Part shown: piece by piece, positions 24,658-37,165 of the stretch
Position numbering within the stretch: the first letter of the stretch is position 1
Layout of the letters: each line of letters starts with the position of its first letter
NCBI RefSeq assembly: GCF_963921235.1
Contig: NC_086097.1
Coordinates: forward strand, 50,966,001 to 51,030,000
Length of the DNA stretch: 64,000 nucleotides
Direction: 5' to 3'
DNA from: Mobula hypostoma
Lineage: Eukaryota
Program-made: the position numbers and the translations under genes
The notes under the pieces: generated by a model
What the model saw: only the letters and a program-made list of their open reading frames with translations
Database searches by the model: none
Told to the model about the DNA's origin: nothing

Positions 24658-26994
24658 CTAGCGGAAGTTAGAGAAGTCGATGTTCACGCCATCAAGTTGG
24701 AGGCTACCCAGACGGAATATAAGGTGTTGTTCCTCCAACCTGAGTGCGGCTTCATCTCCACAGTAGAGGAGGCCGTGGACAGACATGTCAAAATGGGAAT
24801 GGGATGTGGAACCAAAATGTGTGGCCACTGGGAGATCCCGCTTTCTCTGGCGGACAGAGCGTAGATGTTCAGCAAAGCGGTCTCCCAGTCTGCGTCGGGT
24901 CTCACCAATATATAAAAGGCCACATCGGGAGCACCGGACACAGTATATCACCCCAGTCGACTCACAGGTGAAGTGATGCCTCACCTGGAAGGACTGTTTG
25001 GGGCCCTGAATGGTGGTAAGGGAGGAAGTGTAAGGGCATGTGTAGCACCTGTTCCGCTTACACGGATAAGTGCCAGGAGGGAGATCAGTGGGGAGGGATG
25101 GGGGGGACGAATGGACAAGGGAGTTGTGTAGGGAGCGATCCCTGCGGAATGCAGAGAGAGGGGGGGAGGGAAAGATGTGCTTAGTGGTGGGATCCCGTTG
25201 GAGGTGGCGGAAGTTACGGAGAATAATATGTTGGACCCGGAGGCTGGTGGGGTGGTAGGTGAGGACCAGGGGAACCCTATTCCTAGTGGGGTGGTGGGAG
25301 GATGGAGTGAGAGCAGATGTACGTGAAATAGGGGAGATACATTTAAGAGCAGAGTTGATAGTGGAGGAAGGGAAGACCCTTTCTTTAAAAAAGGAAGACA
25401 TCTCCCTCGTCCTAGAATGAAAAGCCTCATCCTGAGAGCAGATGCGGCAGAGACGGAGGAATTGCGAGAAGGGGATGGCGTTTTTGCAAGAGACAGGGTG
25501 AGAAGAGGAATAGTCCAGATAGCTGTGAGAGTCAGTAGGCTTATAGTAGACATCAGTGGATAAGCTGTCTCCAGAGACAGAGACAGAAAGATCTAGAAAG
25601 GGGAGGGAGGTGTCGGAAATGGACCAGGTAAACTTGAGGGCAGGGTGAAAGTTGGAGGCAAAGTTAATAAAGTCAACGAGTTCTGCATGCGTGCAGGAAG
25701 CAGCGCCAATGCAGTCGTCGATGTAGCGAAGGAAAAGTGGGGGACAGATACCAGAATAGGTGCGGAACATAGATTGTTCCACAAACCCAACAAAAAGGCA
25801 GGCATAGCTAGGACCCATACGGGTGCCCATAGCTACACCTTTAGTTTGGAGGAAATGGGAGGAGCCAAAGGAGAAATTATTAAGAGTAAGGACTAATTCC
25901 GCTAGACGGAGCAGAGTGGTGGTAGAGGGGAACTGATTAGATCTGGAATCCAAAAAGAAGCGTAGAGCTTTGAGACCTTCCTGATGGGGGATGGAAGTAT
26001 ATAAGGACTGGACATCCATGGTGAAAATAAAGCGGTGGGGGCCAGGGAACTTAAAATCATCGAAAAGTTTAAGAGCGTGAGAAGTGTCACGAACATAGGT
26101 CGGAAGGGATTGAACAAGGGGTGATAAAACAGTGTCGAGGTATGCAGAAATGAGTTCGGTGGGGCAGGAGCAAGCTGAGACAATAGGTCGGCCAGGACAG
26201 GCAGGTTTGTGGATCTTGGGTAGGAGGTAGAAACGGGAAGTGCGGGGTGTGGGAACTATAAAGTTGGTAGCAGTGGATGGGAGATCCCCTGAGCGGATAA
26301 AGTCGGTGATGGTGTGGGAGACAATGGCCTGGTGCTCCTTAGTGGGGTCACGATCGAGGGGTAAATAAGAGGAGGTATCCGCGAGTTGTCGCTGTGCCTC
26401 AGCAAGGTAGAGGTCAGTACGCCAGACTACAACAGCACCCCCCTTATCGGCGGGTTTAATAATAAGGTTAGGATTAGTGCGGAGGGAGTGGAGAGCAGAG
26501 CGTTCCGAAGGAGTGAGGTTGGAATGGGGACAAGGTGCGGTGAAGTCGAGACGGTTGATGTCCCGTCGGCAGTTAGCAATAAAGAGATCCAGAGCAGGCA
26601 GAAGACCAGAGCGGGGTGTCCATGAAGAAGAGGAGGGTTGAACACGGGAGAAGGGGTCAGCGGTGGGGGTGGAAGAGTCCTTGCCAAAGAAGTAGGCTCG
26701 GAGACGGAGACGGCGACGGCGGAAGAAAAGTTCTGCATCGTGGCGAACACAGAACTCGCTGAGGTGTGGGCGAAGGGGGACAAAGGTGAGGCCCTTACTG
26801 AGAACAGAGCGTTCTGCCTCCGACAGTTGAAGGTCGGAGGGGATGGTTAAGACCCGGCACGGATGAGAGCTGGGATCAGAGGGGGGAGGGTTGGGGTGAG
26901 AGGAAGATGGAGCCTTTGAGGGCCCAGGAGCTGACGGTGGGATCTGAGGAAGACGGGGCTGCGGAGTGGTGGTGGGGGAAGGGGAGACGGGAGA
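24658..26994 (-). CDS. Penelope-like reverse transcriptase + GIY-YIG endonuclease (5'-truncated, stop-free, about 780 codons)
   Basis: The track ORF has DVQSLYTSIP, GVAMGT, RYIDD, the Cys linker CKRNRCYTC and VIYC...YIGET.RRL..RF.EH. I translated upstream of 26019 by hand and the frame stays open to the element edge (LSKGLTF, IIKPADKGGAVVV, FYLLPKIHK, GRPIVS). There is no upstream ATG. Confidence 0.93.
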   Translation of the reverse strand, partial: SPVSPSPTTTPQPRLPQIPPSAPGPSKAPSSSHPNPPPSDPSSHPCRVLTIPSDLQLSEAERSVLSKGLTFVPLRPHLSEFCVRHDAELFFRRRRLRLRAYFFGKDSSTPTADPFSRVQPSSSSWTPRSGLLPALDLFIANCRRDINRLDFTAPCPHSNLTPSERSALHSLRTNPNLIIKPADKGGAVVVWRTDLYLAEAQRQLADTSSYLPLDRDPTKEHQAIVSHTITDFIRSGDLPSTATNFIVPTPRTSRFYLLPKIHKPACPGRPIVSACSCPTELISAYLDTVLSPLVQSLPTYVRDTSHALKLFDDFKFPGPHRFIFTMDVQSLYTSIPHQEGLKALRFFLDSRSNQFPSTTTLLRLAELVLTLNNFSFGSSHFLQTKGVAMGTRMGPSYACLFVGFVEQSMFRTYSGICPPLFLRYIDDCIGAASCTHAELVDFINFASNFHPALKFTWSISDTSLPFLDLSVSVSGDSLSTDVYYKPTDSHSYLDYSSSHPVSCKNAIPFSQFLRLCRICSQDEAFHSRTREMSSFFKERVFPSSTINSALKCISPISRTSALTPSSHHPTRNRVPLVLTYHPTSLRVQHIILRNFRHLQRDPTTKHIFPSPPLSAFRRDRSLHNSLVHSSPPSLPTDLPPGTYPCKRNRCYTCPYTSSLTTIQGPKQSFQVRHHFTCESTGVIYCVRCSRCGLLYIGETRRRLGDRFAEHLRSVRQRKRDLPVATHFGSTSHSHFDMSVHGLLYCGDEAALRLEEQHLIFRLGSLQLDGVNIDFSNFR

Positions 26995-27865
26995 AAATAG
27001 AAAATAACTTGTCTACCTGAACACCTCTGTTGATCTAAACATCTGTTTGATCATCCCTTAAGATTCTCTGTGCAGAGGGTATAAAGTTAAAATAACTAAT
27101 GTGATATTAGCCCTCATACCATTCTGACAATTTTTTGCTGCAACTCCTCAAAAGCTAATCTCCTTCAAACATTAGGGTGCTGAGAATTGAATCCCAGTTT
27201 CAAATGAAATATAATCAAAATACAGTATCACATCTGTAACATAGTTGGCTTACTTTGTATTGCAGCACTGCCATGATCATAGCCATTAAATCAGCTTTCA
27301 AAATTGTTTACCACGTCTGTCCTATTTCTTTTCTATTCATACACATTCTGCAGCTTCTCACCATTTAGAAAATACAACTTTTCTTCAACCGGAAGTGGAT
27401 GATCCACCTCCCACATTTTAGCTTTCTTGACTGGCTTTGCAACCCATGCTTCCATATACACTACTTACTGTGTCACAATGCTGCTTGTCCTGGTGTGCAT
27501 TTCCACCCTTTTCTGTTTACTGTGCCACTACTGATTGCCCCATTCCAGAGAGGCACACCTATGGCTTGCATGCCCAAGATGACATGTGCAACTATTTTGT
27601 TGGCACATGGCATGCAGTGTTACCTCTCAATTCTTTACTACCCACCCATAATAAAAAGGTACATATTGATTATGTTTATTGGCAAACAAAGCAGCAATGA
27701 CTTTTTACAACCAGAGCAGTGAGATCTTTTCATAGGAAATGTCTTGTGCTGGCTTGGTACTAGCTAAACAATTGCAAGAACATATGACATTGGATAATAG
27801 GTTTTGACATCCTCACAGATTAACTTTGCATTGCAAAAACTCTTGCAGTGGAAATATGAATAGTA

Positions 27866-28805
27866 AGGATGATTCCAGTTCAATGAGCCATTGGCTAACC
27901 AGGGTAGGCATTTACTTGGGACAACACTTAGCAACAAAAACAAATTGAGAAAATAGCTAAACAGTTTCTAACTAGCATCAGCTGTGTGCAGTTGTGTGGC
28001 CATTAGACACTACACTGTATTTATAGCAGACAATTTTTAAAGTAGTGTCATCTGTGCCTGTTTGGGTTCAAAAAGCAGTGATTTTTTGTCACTGATAGTT
28101 GGCAAGAAAAAAGCAGCAAAATAATTCAGACAACACACATCAAAGTTGCTGGTGAACGCAGCAGGCCAGGCAGCATCTCTAAGAAGAGGTACAGTCGACG
28201 TTCGACTGTACCTCTTCCTAGAGATGCTGCCTGGCCTGCTGCGTCACCAGCAACTTTGAAGTGTGTTGCTTGAATTTCCAGCATCTGCAGAATTCCTCAT
28301 GTTTACGTTTTTAAAATAATTCAGAACTGTTTTGATCCCCACAGTTTGAAGAATTCAGGCTTGGAGTTGCCAGAAATGGCCAGGAGTGAAAATACAATGA
28401 TTTCCCTACTTCAATAAGTTCGAAACTATGAAGAAATTGAAGGTAATGATAATAAACTTGAACATTAAAATGAAAATGAAGATTTGGATGAGGCAATCAT
28501 CAAAAGCATTGTATGAAGCTATCTTTACTAGGTGTTTACACTGATCTTGTTCATTTACAATCAACAGCATACAATGGAATTCCTCCATGGATAACTGTTA
28601 GGAACTAATATACAGTTTTACAGTACTGCAGAGATATTGGTAGCGTTCTAATTTGCTCTGAATTTCATTTAAGTATATAAATTGTTACTCAGTTAAACAG
28701 CGATTTGTCTTGTTTATACCTTTTTAATCATTTCCTTGAAACTTTGACTAATTGGGGGAGCCATGTGATTGGACTGTACTGGTCCCAATTAACTAAAATC
28801 CACTG
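27866..28805. mobile_element. Tigger/pogo-like non-autonomous DNA transposon, same family as 4781-6558, opposite orientation
   Basis: Ends AAAATCCACTG|TA. 28580-28805 aligns by eye as the reverse complement of 4781-4888 joined to 5978-6095. Confidence 0.75.
28131..28312. mobile_element. Fold-back (inverted) Penelope pLTR mini-insertion
   Basis: Arms at about 28131-28198 and 28202-28268 are reverse complements. 13-bp TSD AAAATAATTCAGA at 28118-28130 and 28313-28325. Confidence 0.9.
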
Positions 28806-29769
28806 TATTTTCATCAAGATAATCAGAGGTGTCGTTTTCAGTGATGAGCTTTGCCCAAGTCTAATTATATAAGAGTAAACTTACTGATGAAACTAGTACT
28901 CTGAGCATAACTCTCAATACAGCCAAATACAAATTGGATACAAGATATTTGTCATCATTAGTACAGCAACAGAAGTCTCACTGAGAGTAAAGTGTGCTTA
29001 TTTTTGTTTCCTTGATTTTTTATATGGATCACCAAAGCTTTAATTTCATGTTTACATTTCTTACATTACATATCAGGTACATAACAAATATTATACATCA
29101 GGTATAATAACAATACTATTTGGAAATGTTATTTTTGAATTTCTTTTTGAAAGATTAATATTAACTTTAAACATTTTAAAAATGCTTCATTTATTTCAAT
29201 CTCTTTAATACATTTATCAATAGTAAATGAATAGATGTAAATAAGCAACAGGACTCATTCTTTTCCCTTAAAATAGTCCATAATTATTGTTATAATTCAT
29301 TAATCAATGATAATCTCTGCTCAAAATTACCATGACAAGACAGATTTTTTTAAAAAAGATTATTGCCAATTTGGGCACACACTTTCAAAATGGTTCTCCA
29401 CCCTGCTTTGTACTGTGATAACAATGCACAAGATTAATATCAAACCTTTTAGGACCACTGTACTCAAACATAAAGTTAATCAAAATTTGCAAACCATAAT
29501 ACATTCCACTCCTACACACAGTTATGATAAAACTGAAACTTACTACTATAAGTATTCAAAAGGAAAGTTAAACAAAAACAAAGGAAAATTAGGTTGCATT
29601 GGCGGGCTTGGATGAAGTACATGCTGCAAGGCAGCTGCACTTAATGGTATGAAAATCAAGCACTGCAGATGTTGGAAATCAATAAACAAAAGAAAATGCT
29701 GGAAACATTCAGCAAATCAAGTGATATCTATGGAAAGATTGTGGGTTATTAATCAAAAATACCTATATA

Positions 29770-30110
29770 CACTGCTCCTTCCAAGCTGTGCGGGTGCGTG
29801 GCCACACAGTAATTGAAATATTCCCAAGCACATAGCTTTTGTTGTGATATAGCTGGAATTGGATCCAGCTAGAAAAAAGTTTACGAAATGATATAGAGAT
29901 TTTCTTTGTTGTACTATATTTCATCACACCCTTCAATTAATAAATAACATCAGAAGTATGTGATTTTTCAATTTTCATTCTAAATATTCATACTAAGCAT
30001 ATTAAAAAAAAATTAAGTGTCATGTAGATTTCAGACTGTGTAAAAATTTCCTGCTTAGAGCAATGGTTGGACTACACAGCTGTGTTAAAAAAAAATCAGA
30101 GGGAAATAAA
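29770..30110. mobile_element. Possible decayed hAT-type MITE
   Basis: Ends cactgctccttccaagctgtgcg... and ...cagagggaaa resemble degenerate CAGTGTTCCCTCTAA-type TIRs. No TSD found. Confidence 0.35.
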
Positions 30111-31204
30111 TATGAACTGAATACAAAAAAAAACAAGTTTCAACTTCATAATCCAAAACACACGATACAAATAACAGAATAAAAGACAATTTTTTCACTA
30201 TCTTGCATAAGCAGTAATAAACCAATACCAATATTTATCATAAACCTATAGAAATCCTGTTGCATAATTATATGAAAATTGGAACTTTGCCCTAGAAATA
30301 ATAAAGATCCCCACAAGCTTTGCCTCACTATGGCCATAAAGTCAGAGGACTTGGATTTTTTTTTAAAAAAACATACTCACTCAATCCCCAGTCAATGTGG
30401 GAAAGTAGCAGCCTAACCTGCCAGAGTTTCAAGTTTTTAGACTTGCCATGCTAAACCCTTTGTACTTGTTTTTCCACTCTCTAAGCCAAGTTTGCTGACT
30501 CTCCTTTCCTGGATCCTTCAGACTCCACCTCCAACCACTTTTCTCCAACCTGGCAATACATATTGATTTCCTCCAGGAACCTATCCCAAACAGAACAGCT
30601 CTCATTGCCTACGCAATGACTGAATACCCCTGGCACAAATTGTACCTTCAAGTCAGGCAGCATAAAACCAGAAAAATGCACAAATAAGTATCACAAACAT
30701 ATTTGTTTATAAGAACTAATGGTGGTTGGCCCTAGGTTAACCAAGCTGTACAAATGGGTCCCTTCAGACAAGCCTCAAATTACCAGACTTCAAATGAAAA
30801 CAAGCTCAGACTGAGGAAGTACATTTTATGAAACATTCACCAGAAATTAAACTTTCATCTTAGCTCTATTAATAGGAATCCACTTTCATGTACTAATTTT
30901 CAGTATCTATCAATTTACTTATATTAAAACAATTCCCAGCTCTCTCTCTTTCTCAAACTGTTATCACTTTGAATATTACTACCACCATCAAGCTTGACAC
31001 TTATTTTATGACACTATGTATAAGCATCACTCTTCTTTACAGCATTTAGAGATAACTTTATTACACCCTCATATAACCGAACCCAAAAACCCAGGATGGG
31101 CATTAGTTATTTCTGGTAAGTGCCAAAGGAACCATTGCACTCAAAGGCCAATGGATTGTTTCATTTAATTTGTTTTCCACAAAGGCCAGTGGACTGGTCT
31201 TTGT

Positions 31205-32160
31205 GGGGAAAACAACATGGGCACTTGTATGGGCTATATGCCTACCATTTTGGTGGCTATGTGGAACAGTCTATGTTCCAAGCCTACACTGGTGTCTGTC
31301 CCTCACTTTTCCTATGCTACATCGATGACTGCATTGGTGTGGCTTCCTGCACCCAGTGCAGAGCTCATCGACTTCATCAACTTTGCTTCCAACTTCCACC
31401 CTGCCCTCAAATTTAATAGGTCCATTTCCAACACCTCTCTCCGCTTCCTTGATCGCTGTCTCTATTTCTGGAGACGGCTTATCCACTGATATCTTTTATA
31501 AATCCACTGACTCTTACAGCTAACTGGACTATACCTCTTCCCACCCTGTTTCTTGTAAAAATGCCATTGCCTTCTCTCAATTCCTCCATCTCCACCACAT
31601 CTGCTCTCAGGACAAGGCAATTCATTCCAGAACCAAGGAGATGTCCTTCTTCAAAGGAGGAGGCCTCAAGTCCTCCACTATCACCATTCCCTCTGGGTAG
31701 CCTCCAACCTGATAGCATGAACATCAATTTCTTGAACTTCTAGTAATGCCCTCCCTCCCCTCACCATTCACATTCCCATTTTCCTCTCTCCTTACCTGCC
31801 CATCACCTCCCTCTGGTGCTCCTCCCCCTTCCCTTTCTTCCATGGCGTTCTGTCCTCTCCTATGAGATTTTCCCTTTTCCAGCCCTTTATCTTTTTCACC
31901 AATCAACTTCCAACCTCTACTTCACTCCTCCCCCCCCCCCCACATCCGGTTTGACCTAACACCTATTTCTTCCTCCCCTCGTCCCACCTTCTTACTCTGA
32001 CTTCTCATCTTTTTTTCTCCAGTCCTGATGAAGGGTCTCGGCCCAAAACATCAACTTTTTACTCCTTTCCATAGGCGCTGCCTAGCCTGCTGAGTTCCTC
32101 CAGCATTTAGTATGTGTTGCTTGGATTTCCAGCAGCTGCAGATTTTCTCTTGTTTGTGAA
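31205..32160 (+). mobile_element. Decayed Neptune-type Penelope with an internal deletion of most of the GIY-YIG region
   Basis: RT remnants (CYIDDCIG, FASNFHPALKF). The sequence jumps from PSSTI to LGSLQPD near 31680. pLTR with a degenerate hammerhead at about 32021-32056. Confidence 0.85.
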
Positions 32161-32399
32161 TTCTATTCTTGTTTTTATTCAGCCTGATTTGTAAAGACAT
32201 TTGACCTTTTTCTATGATTATTGGAGAGGAGACTAGCAGGGATGACGGTAGAGCAACAAAGGCTAGAGTTTCTAGGAGTAATTCGAAAGATGCAGGATTA
32301 GTTCATCCCAAAGAAGCAGCAGCATTCTAAAGGGAAGATACAGTAATCATGGCTGACAAGAGAAGTAAAGACAGCATAAAAGCAAAAGAGGGAACATAC

Positions 32400-33420
32400 T
32401 AAATAAGAACACAGAAATAGGAACAGGAATAGGTCTTCTGGCCTATTGAGCCTGCTCTGCTATTCAATAAAATCACAACAGACATGGCCGTAGACTTAAC
32501 TCCACCTTCCTGCCATTTTCCCCATAACCCTTAATTCCCTACTATGCAAAAATCTAACTGTGTCTTAAAAATATTTATTGAGATAGTTTCTACAAGATTT
32601 TCTGGGCAGAGAATGGCACAGATTTTCTGGGCAGAGAATTCCACAGATTCACTACTCTTTAGGAAAAGCAGACTCTCAACTTCGTCCTAAAGCTTCTCTT
32701 CTTCCCCCCCAACCCCCAAAACATGAGGCTATGTTCCCCAAATCTAACCTCAACTACCAGTGGAAACACTTTTCTGCCTTTAGCTCATCGATTCCTTTCA
32801 TAATTTTATGTTTCAATAAGATCCCCTCTCATTCTTCTAAATTCCAGCTTGTAGAGTCCAAGATGACTCAATCTCACATCATAGGCTAACCCCCTCATCT
32901 CTGGGATCAACCTAGAAATCTCCTCTGCACTACCTCCAAAGCCAGTACATCTTTTCTTAAGCAAGGAGATCAAAACAGCATATACTCTGTACATTTGCAG
33001 CACTACCTCGCTGTTCTTAAATCCAGTCTCTCCAGAAGTGATTTCCCTGATAGCCGGTTGAACTTGCAAACTATCCCGTTGTGATTCATGCATAAGCATT
33101 TCTAAATCGCTCCATACAACAGCACGTTACAATTTTTCCTACTTAAATAATAATCTTATCTTCTCTTTTTCCTTCCAAAGTGGATGACCTCACATTTATC
33201 AACATTGTATTCCATCTGCCAGACCCTTGCCCACTCACTTAACCTACCTAGCTCTCTCTGGAGACTCTCCACATGCTCTACACAATTTGCTTTTCCATAA
33301 AATTAGGTGTCATGAGCAAACTCAGATACAAGTCACTTGGTGCCTTCTTCCAAATAATTTATATCCCAAACAATTACCCCACTCAACACTGATTGCCATC
33401 CAGAGAACAACTATTTATCC
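32400..33420 (-). mobile_element. CR1 LINE 3' fragment
   Basis: RLIPEMRGLAY...LGLYKLEFRRMRGDLIET (ORF 32806-33099). 3' UTR at 32405-32540. Confidence 0.85.
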
Positions 33421-35700
33421 AAGGCAACAGACACAAAATGCTGAAGGAACTCAGCAGGTCAGGCAGCATCTATCGAACTAAATAAACAGTCAACGTTTCA
33501 GGCCAATATCCTTCTTCAGAACTGGAAAGAGGGGGGGGAGAGGGGTGGGGGAAGAAAGACACCAGAATAAAAAAAAATGGGGGAGGGGAAGGAGGATAGC
33601 TAGAAGGTGATAGGAAAGGTAAAGAGCTAGAGAGGAAGGAATCCAATGGGAGAATAGAGTGAGCCACAGGAAAAAGGGAAGGGGGGGGGATCCAGGGGAA
33701 GGTGATCAACAGGTGAGAAGAGGTAAGAGGCCAGAGTGGGGAATTGAAGAAGAGGGGAGGGGGAGGGAATTCTTTTTTAAACCAGGAGAAATCAATATTC
33801 ACGCCATCAGGTTGGAGGTTACCAAGACGGAATCAGAATACATGGTGTTCTACCTCCACCGAGGGTGAACTCATTGTGGCAGAAGAGGAGGCCATAGACC
33901 AACACATCGAACCAGAATGGGAATGGAAATAAAATCGCTAACATGGAGGAAATCTGCAGATGCTGGAAATTCAAGCAACACACACAAAATGCTGGTGGAA
34001 CACAGCAGGCCAGGCAGCGTCTATAGGAAGAGGTACAGTTGACATCTCGGCCCGAAACATTGACTGTACCTCTTCCTATAGATGCTGCCTGGCCTGCTGC
34101 ATTCCACCAGCATTTTGTGTGTGTTTATGGGAATTAAAATGTTTGGCCACTGGGAGAAGTCAGAGGTGCTCAACAAAGTGGTCACCCAATTTACGACAGG
34201 TCTCACCAATGTAGAAGAGGCTGCATTGGGAGCACCAGACATAATAGATGACCCCAGCAAATTCACAGGTGAAGTGTTGCCTCATGTGGAAGGATTGTTT
34301 TGGGCCCTGAATGGAGGTGAGGAAGGAGGTGAATGGGTAGGTCTAGCATTTTGGCCACTTGCAGGGATGTGCCGGGAGGGACGAATGGACAAGGAAATGA
34401 CAGAGGGAGCAATCCCTGCAGAAAGCAAGATGGGTGGGGGGAGGTAAAAATATGCTTGGCGGTAGATGGCAGATGGCAGAAGTTGTAGATATAACTTATT
34501 GGATGCGGAGGCTCATGGGGTGGTAGGTAAGGACAAGAGGAACTCTACCACTGTTAAGTCAGCGGGGAGATGGGGTGAGCACGCATGTTCAGGAAATGGA
34601 GGAGATGCAGGTGAAGGAAACGTCAATGGCGGAGGAAGAGAACCCCCTCGTTCTTTGAAGAAGGAAGATACCTTGGATATTCTGAAAGGAAAGCCTTATC
34701 CTGGGAACAGATGCAGCAGAGACAAAGAAACTGAGTAAAGGGAATAGTATTTTTGAGTAGGAAGAGATATTGTCAAGTTAACCGTGGAAATAAATAGGTT
34801 TATATATAAAAAATGTTGTTCCACAGTTTGTTTCCAGAGATAGACAGATCATGAAAGGGGGAGGAAGGTGTTTGAAATGAACTGCACGAATTTAAGTGAA
34901 GGGTGGAAGCTGGATGAACTTGACGAGCTCAACGTGGGTGTATGAAGGAGCACCAATGCAGTTGTCAATGCAGCAGAGAAAGAGTTGGGGAGCATTACTG
35001 GGGAAAGCTTGGAACATGGACTGTTCTATGTAGCTGATGAAAAGACTGACGTAGCTAGGGCCTATTGCTACCCTCGAATCTGGAGGAAGTGGGAGGAGCT
35101 GAAGGAAAAACTGTTGAGGGTGAGGACAGTTCTGCCAGACAGAAGGTGGTGGTGGTAGAGGGGAACTGGTTAGTTCTTTTATTGAGAAAGCAGACAGCTT
35201 TAAGGCCTTCTTGATGGAGGATAGAAGTGTATAGGGACTGGACATCCATGGTGAAAATGAGGCAGTCAGGGCTAGGGAATTGAAAGTTAATGAGGAGATC
35301 GAGAGCATGAGAAGTGTTGCAGAGGATACAAGTTCAGTGGGACAGGAGTAGGCAGAGACAATGAGCCTCCTTGGACAGGCAGACTTGTGAATCTTGGATA
35401 GGAGATCGAAGTAAGCAATGTGGAATAAGGGTTGGTGGCAGTGGATAGGAGTTCTCCAGAATTGATGAGGTCAGTGATGGTGTTGGAGACAGTTTTCTGA
35501 TGGTTCAGCGTGGTATCCTCTTCAAGGGGTAAACATGAGGTGGTGGCTGAGAGTGGCCACCTAGCCTCAGCAAGGTAGAGGTCAGTCCACCACACTACAA
35601 CACCTCCTTTGTCTGCAGGTTTGATGGCAAGGTTGGAATTGGTGAAGAGAGATTGGAGGGTAGTGTGTTCAAAAGGGGCAAGGTTCCAATCTCCTATCCA
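33421..35700 (-). mobile_element. Decayed Neptune-type Penelope-like element
   Basis: IKPADKGG, MDVQSLYTSI and CCIDNCIG remnants with frameshifts. pLTR hammerhead AGTT-CTGAAGA-AGGATATTGGCCT-GAAA-CG-TT-GACT at 33488-33523 (minus). Confidence 0.9.
33936..34126. mobile_element. Fold-back Penelope pLTR mini-insertion nested in the older Penelope
   Basis: Inverted arms at about 33976-34044 and 34058-34126. Degenerate TSD atggaaataaaat / atgggaattaaaat. Confidence 0.8.
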
Positions 35701-35914
35701 CGCTAATGCATTACCCCAACTCCACACATCAGATTTTTATGGATTAGTCTTTCACGCAGCACTTTTATTGCATGCCCTACTAGAAATGCAAGTATGCAGC
35801 ACCCACCTGTTAGCAAAAGTTAGTGGGAAGCTAGAGGATTTAGAAGGTTTTAAAACCAAAAGGAGACAACTAAAAATCAATGAGAGAAAAGATGAAATAT
35901 GAAGGCAAGCTAGC

Positions 35915-36716
35915 TTAGGATGATGGCGCTGAATGGTGTCTCCTTTGCTTGCATCTTTGGGAGCAGCTCTATTTCTATCTTTAATATCTCCTTCTCCTTT
36001 TCAGGGTTCTTTTGAAGACTCTGACCTGGAATTATACGATGATTTCGGTTTTTTGCAGGAATGGGACCCGCTCTCAGGGCCTCACAACTGGCCGTTTTTT
36101 GATATGCCAAGGACTTGGCCTAGAAGACTAGTGCACCTTCAGAGTGCTGGAATTTCATGGCTCTGGAGGCAGGTGGATTTGAGGTCGGTGCCACTGCAGA
36201 AAACTGGTGTGTCATAGGAGACAGAAGTAGCAAGCTGGCCGCTGGCTGTGCGCCCAGAGACCCGAGATCTTTGGGCACAGAGCTTGGAAAAAGCAACGCA
36301 ACAGACTTCTAACACCATAAAAATCGATAAGTTGTTTTGTTATGTCTCTCCTCTTGCTGTGAGATGGGAACACCTCTTTTCCCCTTATTAGGGAGAGAGA
36401 GAGCTTGTGGTATGTCAAATTACTAGGTGAACAAGTAGTCTTTGGAGTATCGTACGTATGTCTTTATTGAGGCTTTGCTGCACGCTTGAGTGCTCAGTGG
36501 AGGGGTGCAGATGCTTTCTTGCTGGTGGGGGGGTCGTTGCTTTACTGCTGCTTGTGCGTGGGAGTGGGGAACTGGTGGGGGCTTTGGGGTTCTAACATTG
36601 TAACTGTCATTCATTCTTTGGGGCACTCCTTTTTTTGTAGATCTTTGCGAAGAAAAATAATTTCAGGATGTATATTGTATACATTTCTCTGACACTAAAT
36701 TGAATCTACTGAACCT
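35915..36716 (+). mobile_element. Non-autonomous element with a GATGGCG start and Rex1-like tail, inserted in CR1
   Basis: Splits the CR1 coding sequence between GKLA and IKEDTKSFF. Ends tttcaggatgtatattgtatacatttctctgacactaaattgaatctactgaacct. Confidence 0.6.
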
Positions 36717-37165
36717 ATAAAAGGAGGATACTAAAAGCTTTTTCAGATATATAAAGAATAGAGGCAAGAATGGACATCGAACTGATGGAAAATGATGCTG
36801 GAGAGGTAGTAATGGGGAACAAAGAAAAAGTGGATGAACTCTTAAGTATTTTGTGTCCGTCTTTACTGTGGAAGAAACCAGCAACATGCCATAAATTTGA
36901 GAATCAGGGAACAGAAATAAGTGGAATTGCCATTACTCAGGGTTAAGTGCTTGGGAAGCTGAAAGGTCTGAAGGTAGATAAGTCACCTGGACCAGACTGG
37001 GAAGATATTAGAATACATTATTAAGGATGAGGTTTCAGGGTATATGATAAAATAGGCCAAAGTCAACAAAGTTTCCTTAAGGGGAAATCTTGCCTGTCAA
37101 ATCTGTTGGAATTCTTTGAGAAGATAACAGGCAGGATAGATTAAAAAAAAAGTCCGTGGATGCTG

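Larger units (their letters stand above)
24265..26996 (-). mobile_element. Young 5'-truncated Penelope-like element (Neptune type)
   Basis: Exact 14-bp TSD ATAGAAAATAACTT at 24251-24264 and 26997-27010. Contains an RT + GIY-YIG frame and a 3' pLTR with a hammerhead. CpGs are retained. Confidence 0.95.

Noticed and set aside
24981..26850. Alternative-frame and antisense ORFs over the Penelope element
   Set aside because: These are shadows of the single RT/GIY-YIG frame in C-rich, stop-poor sequence.
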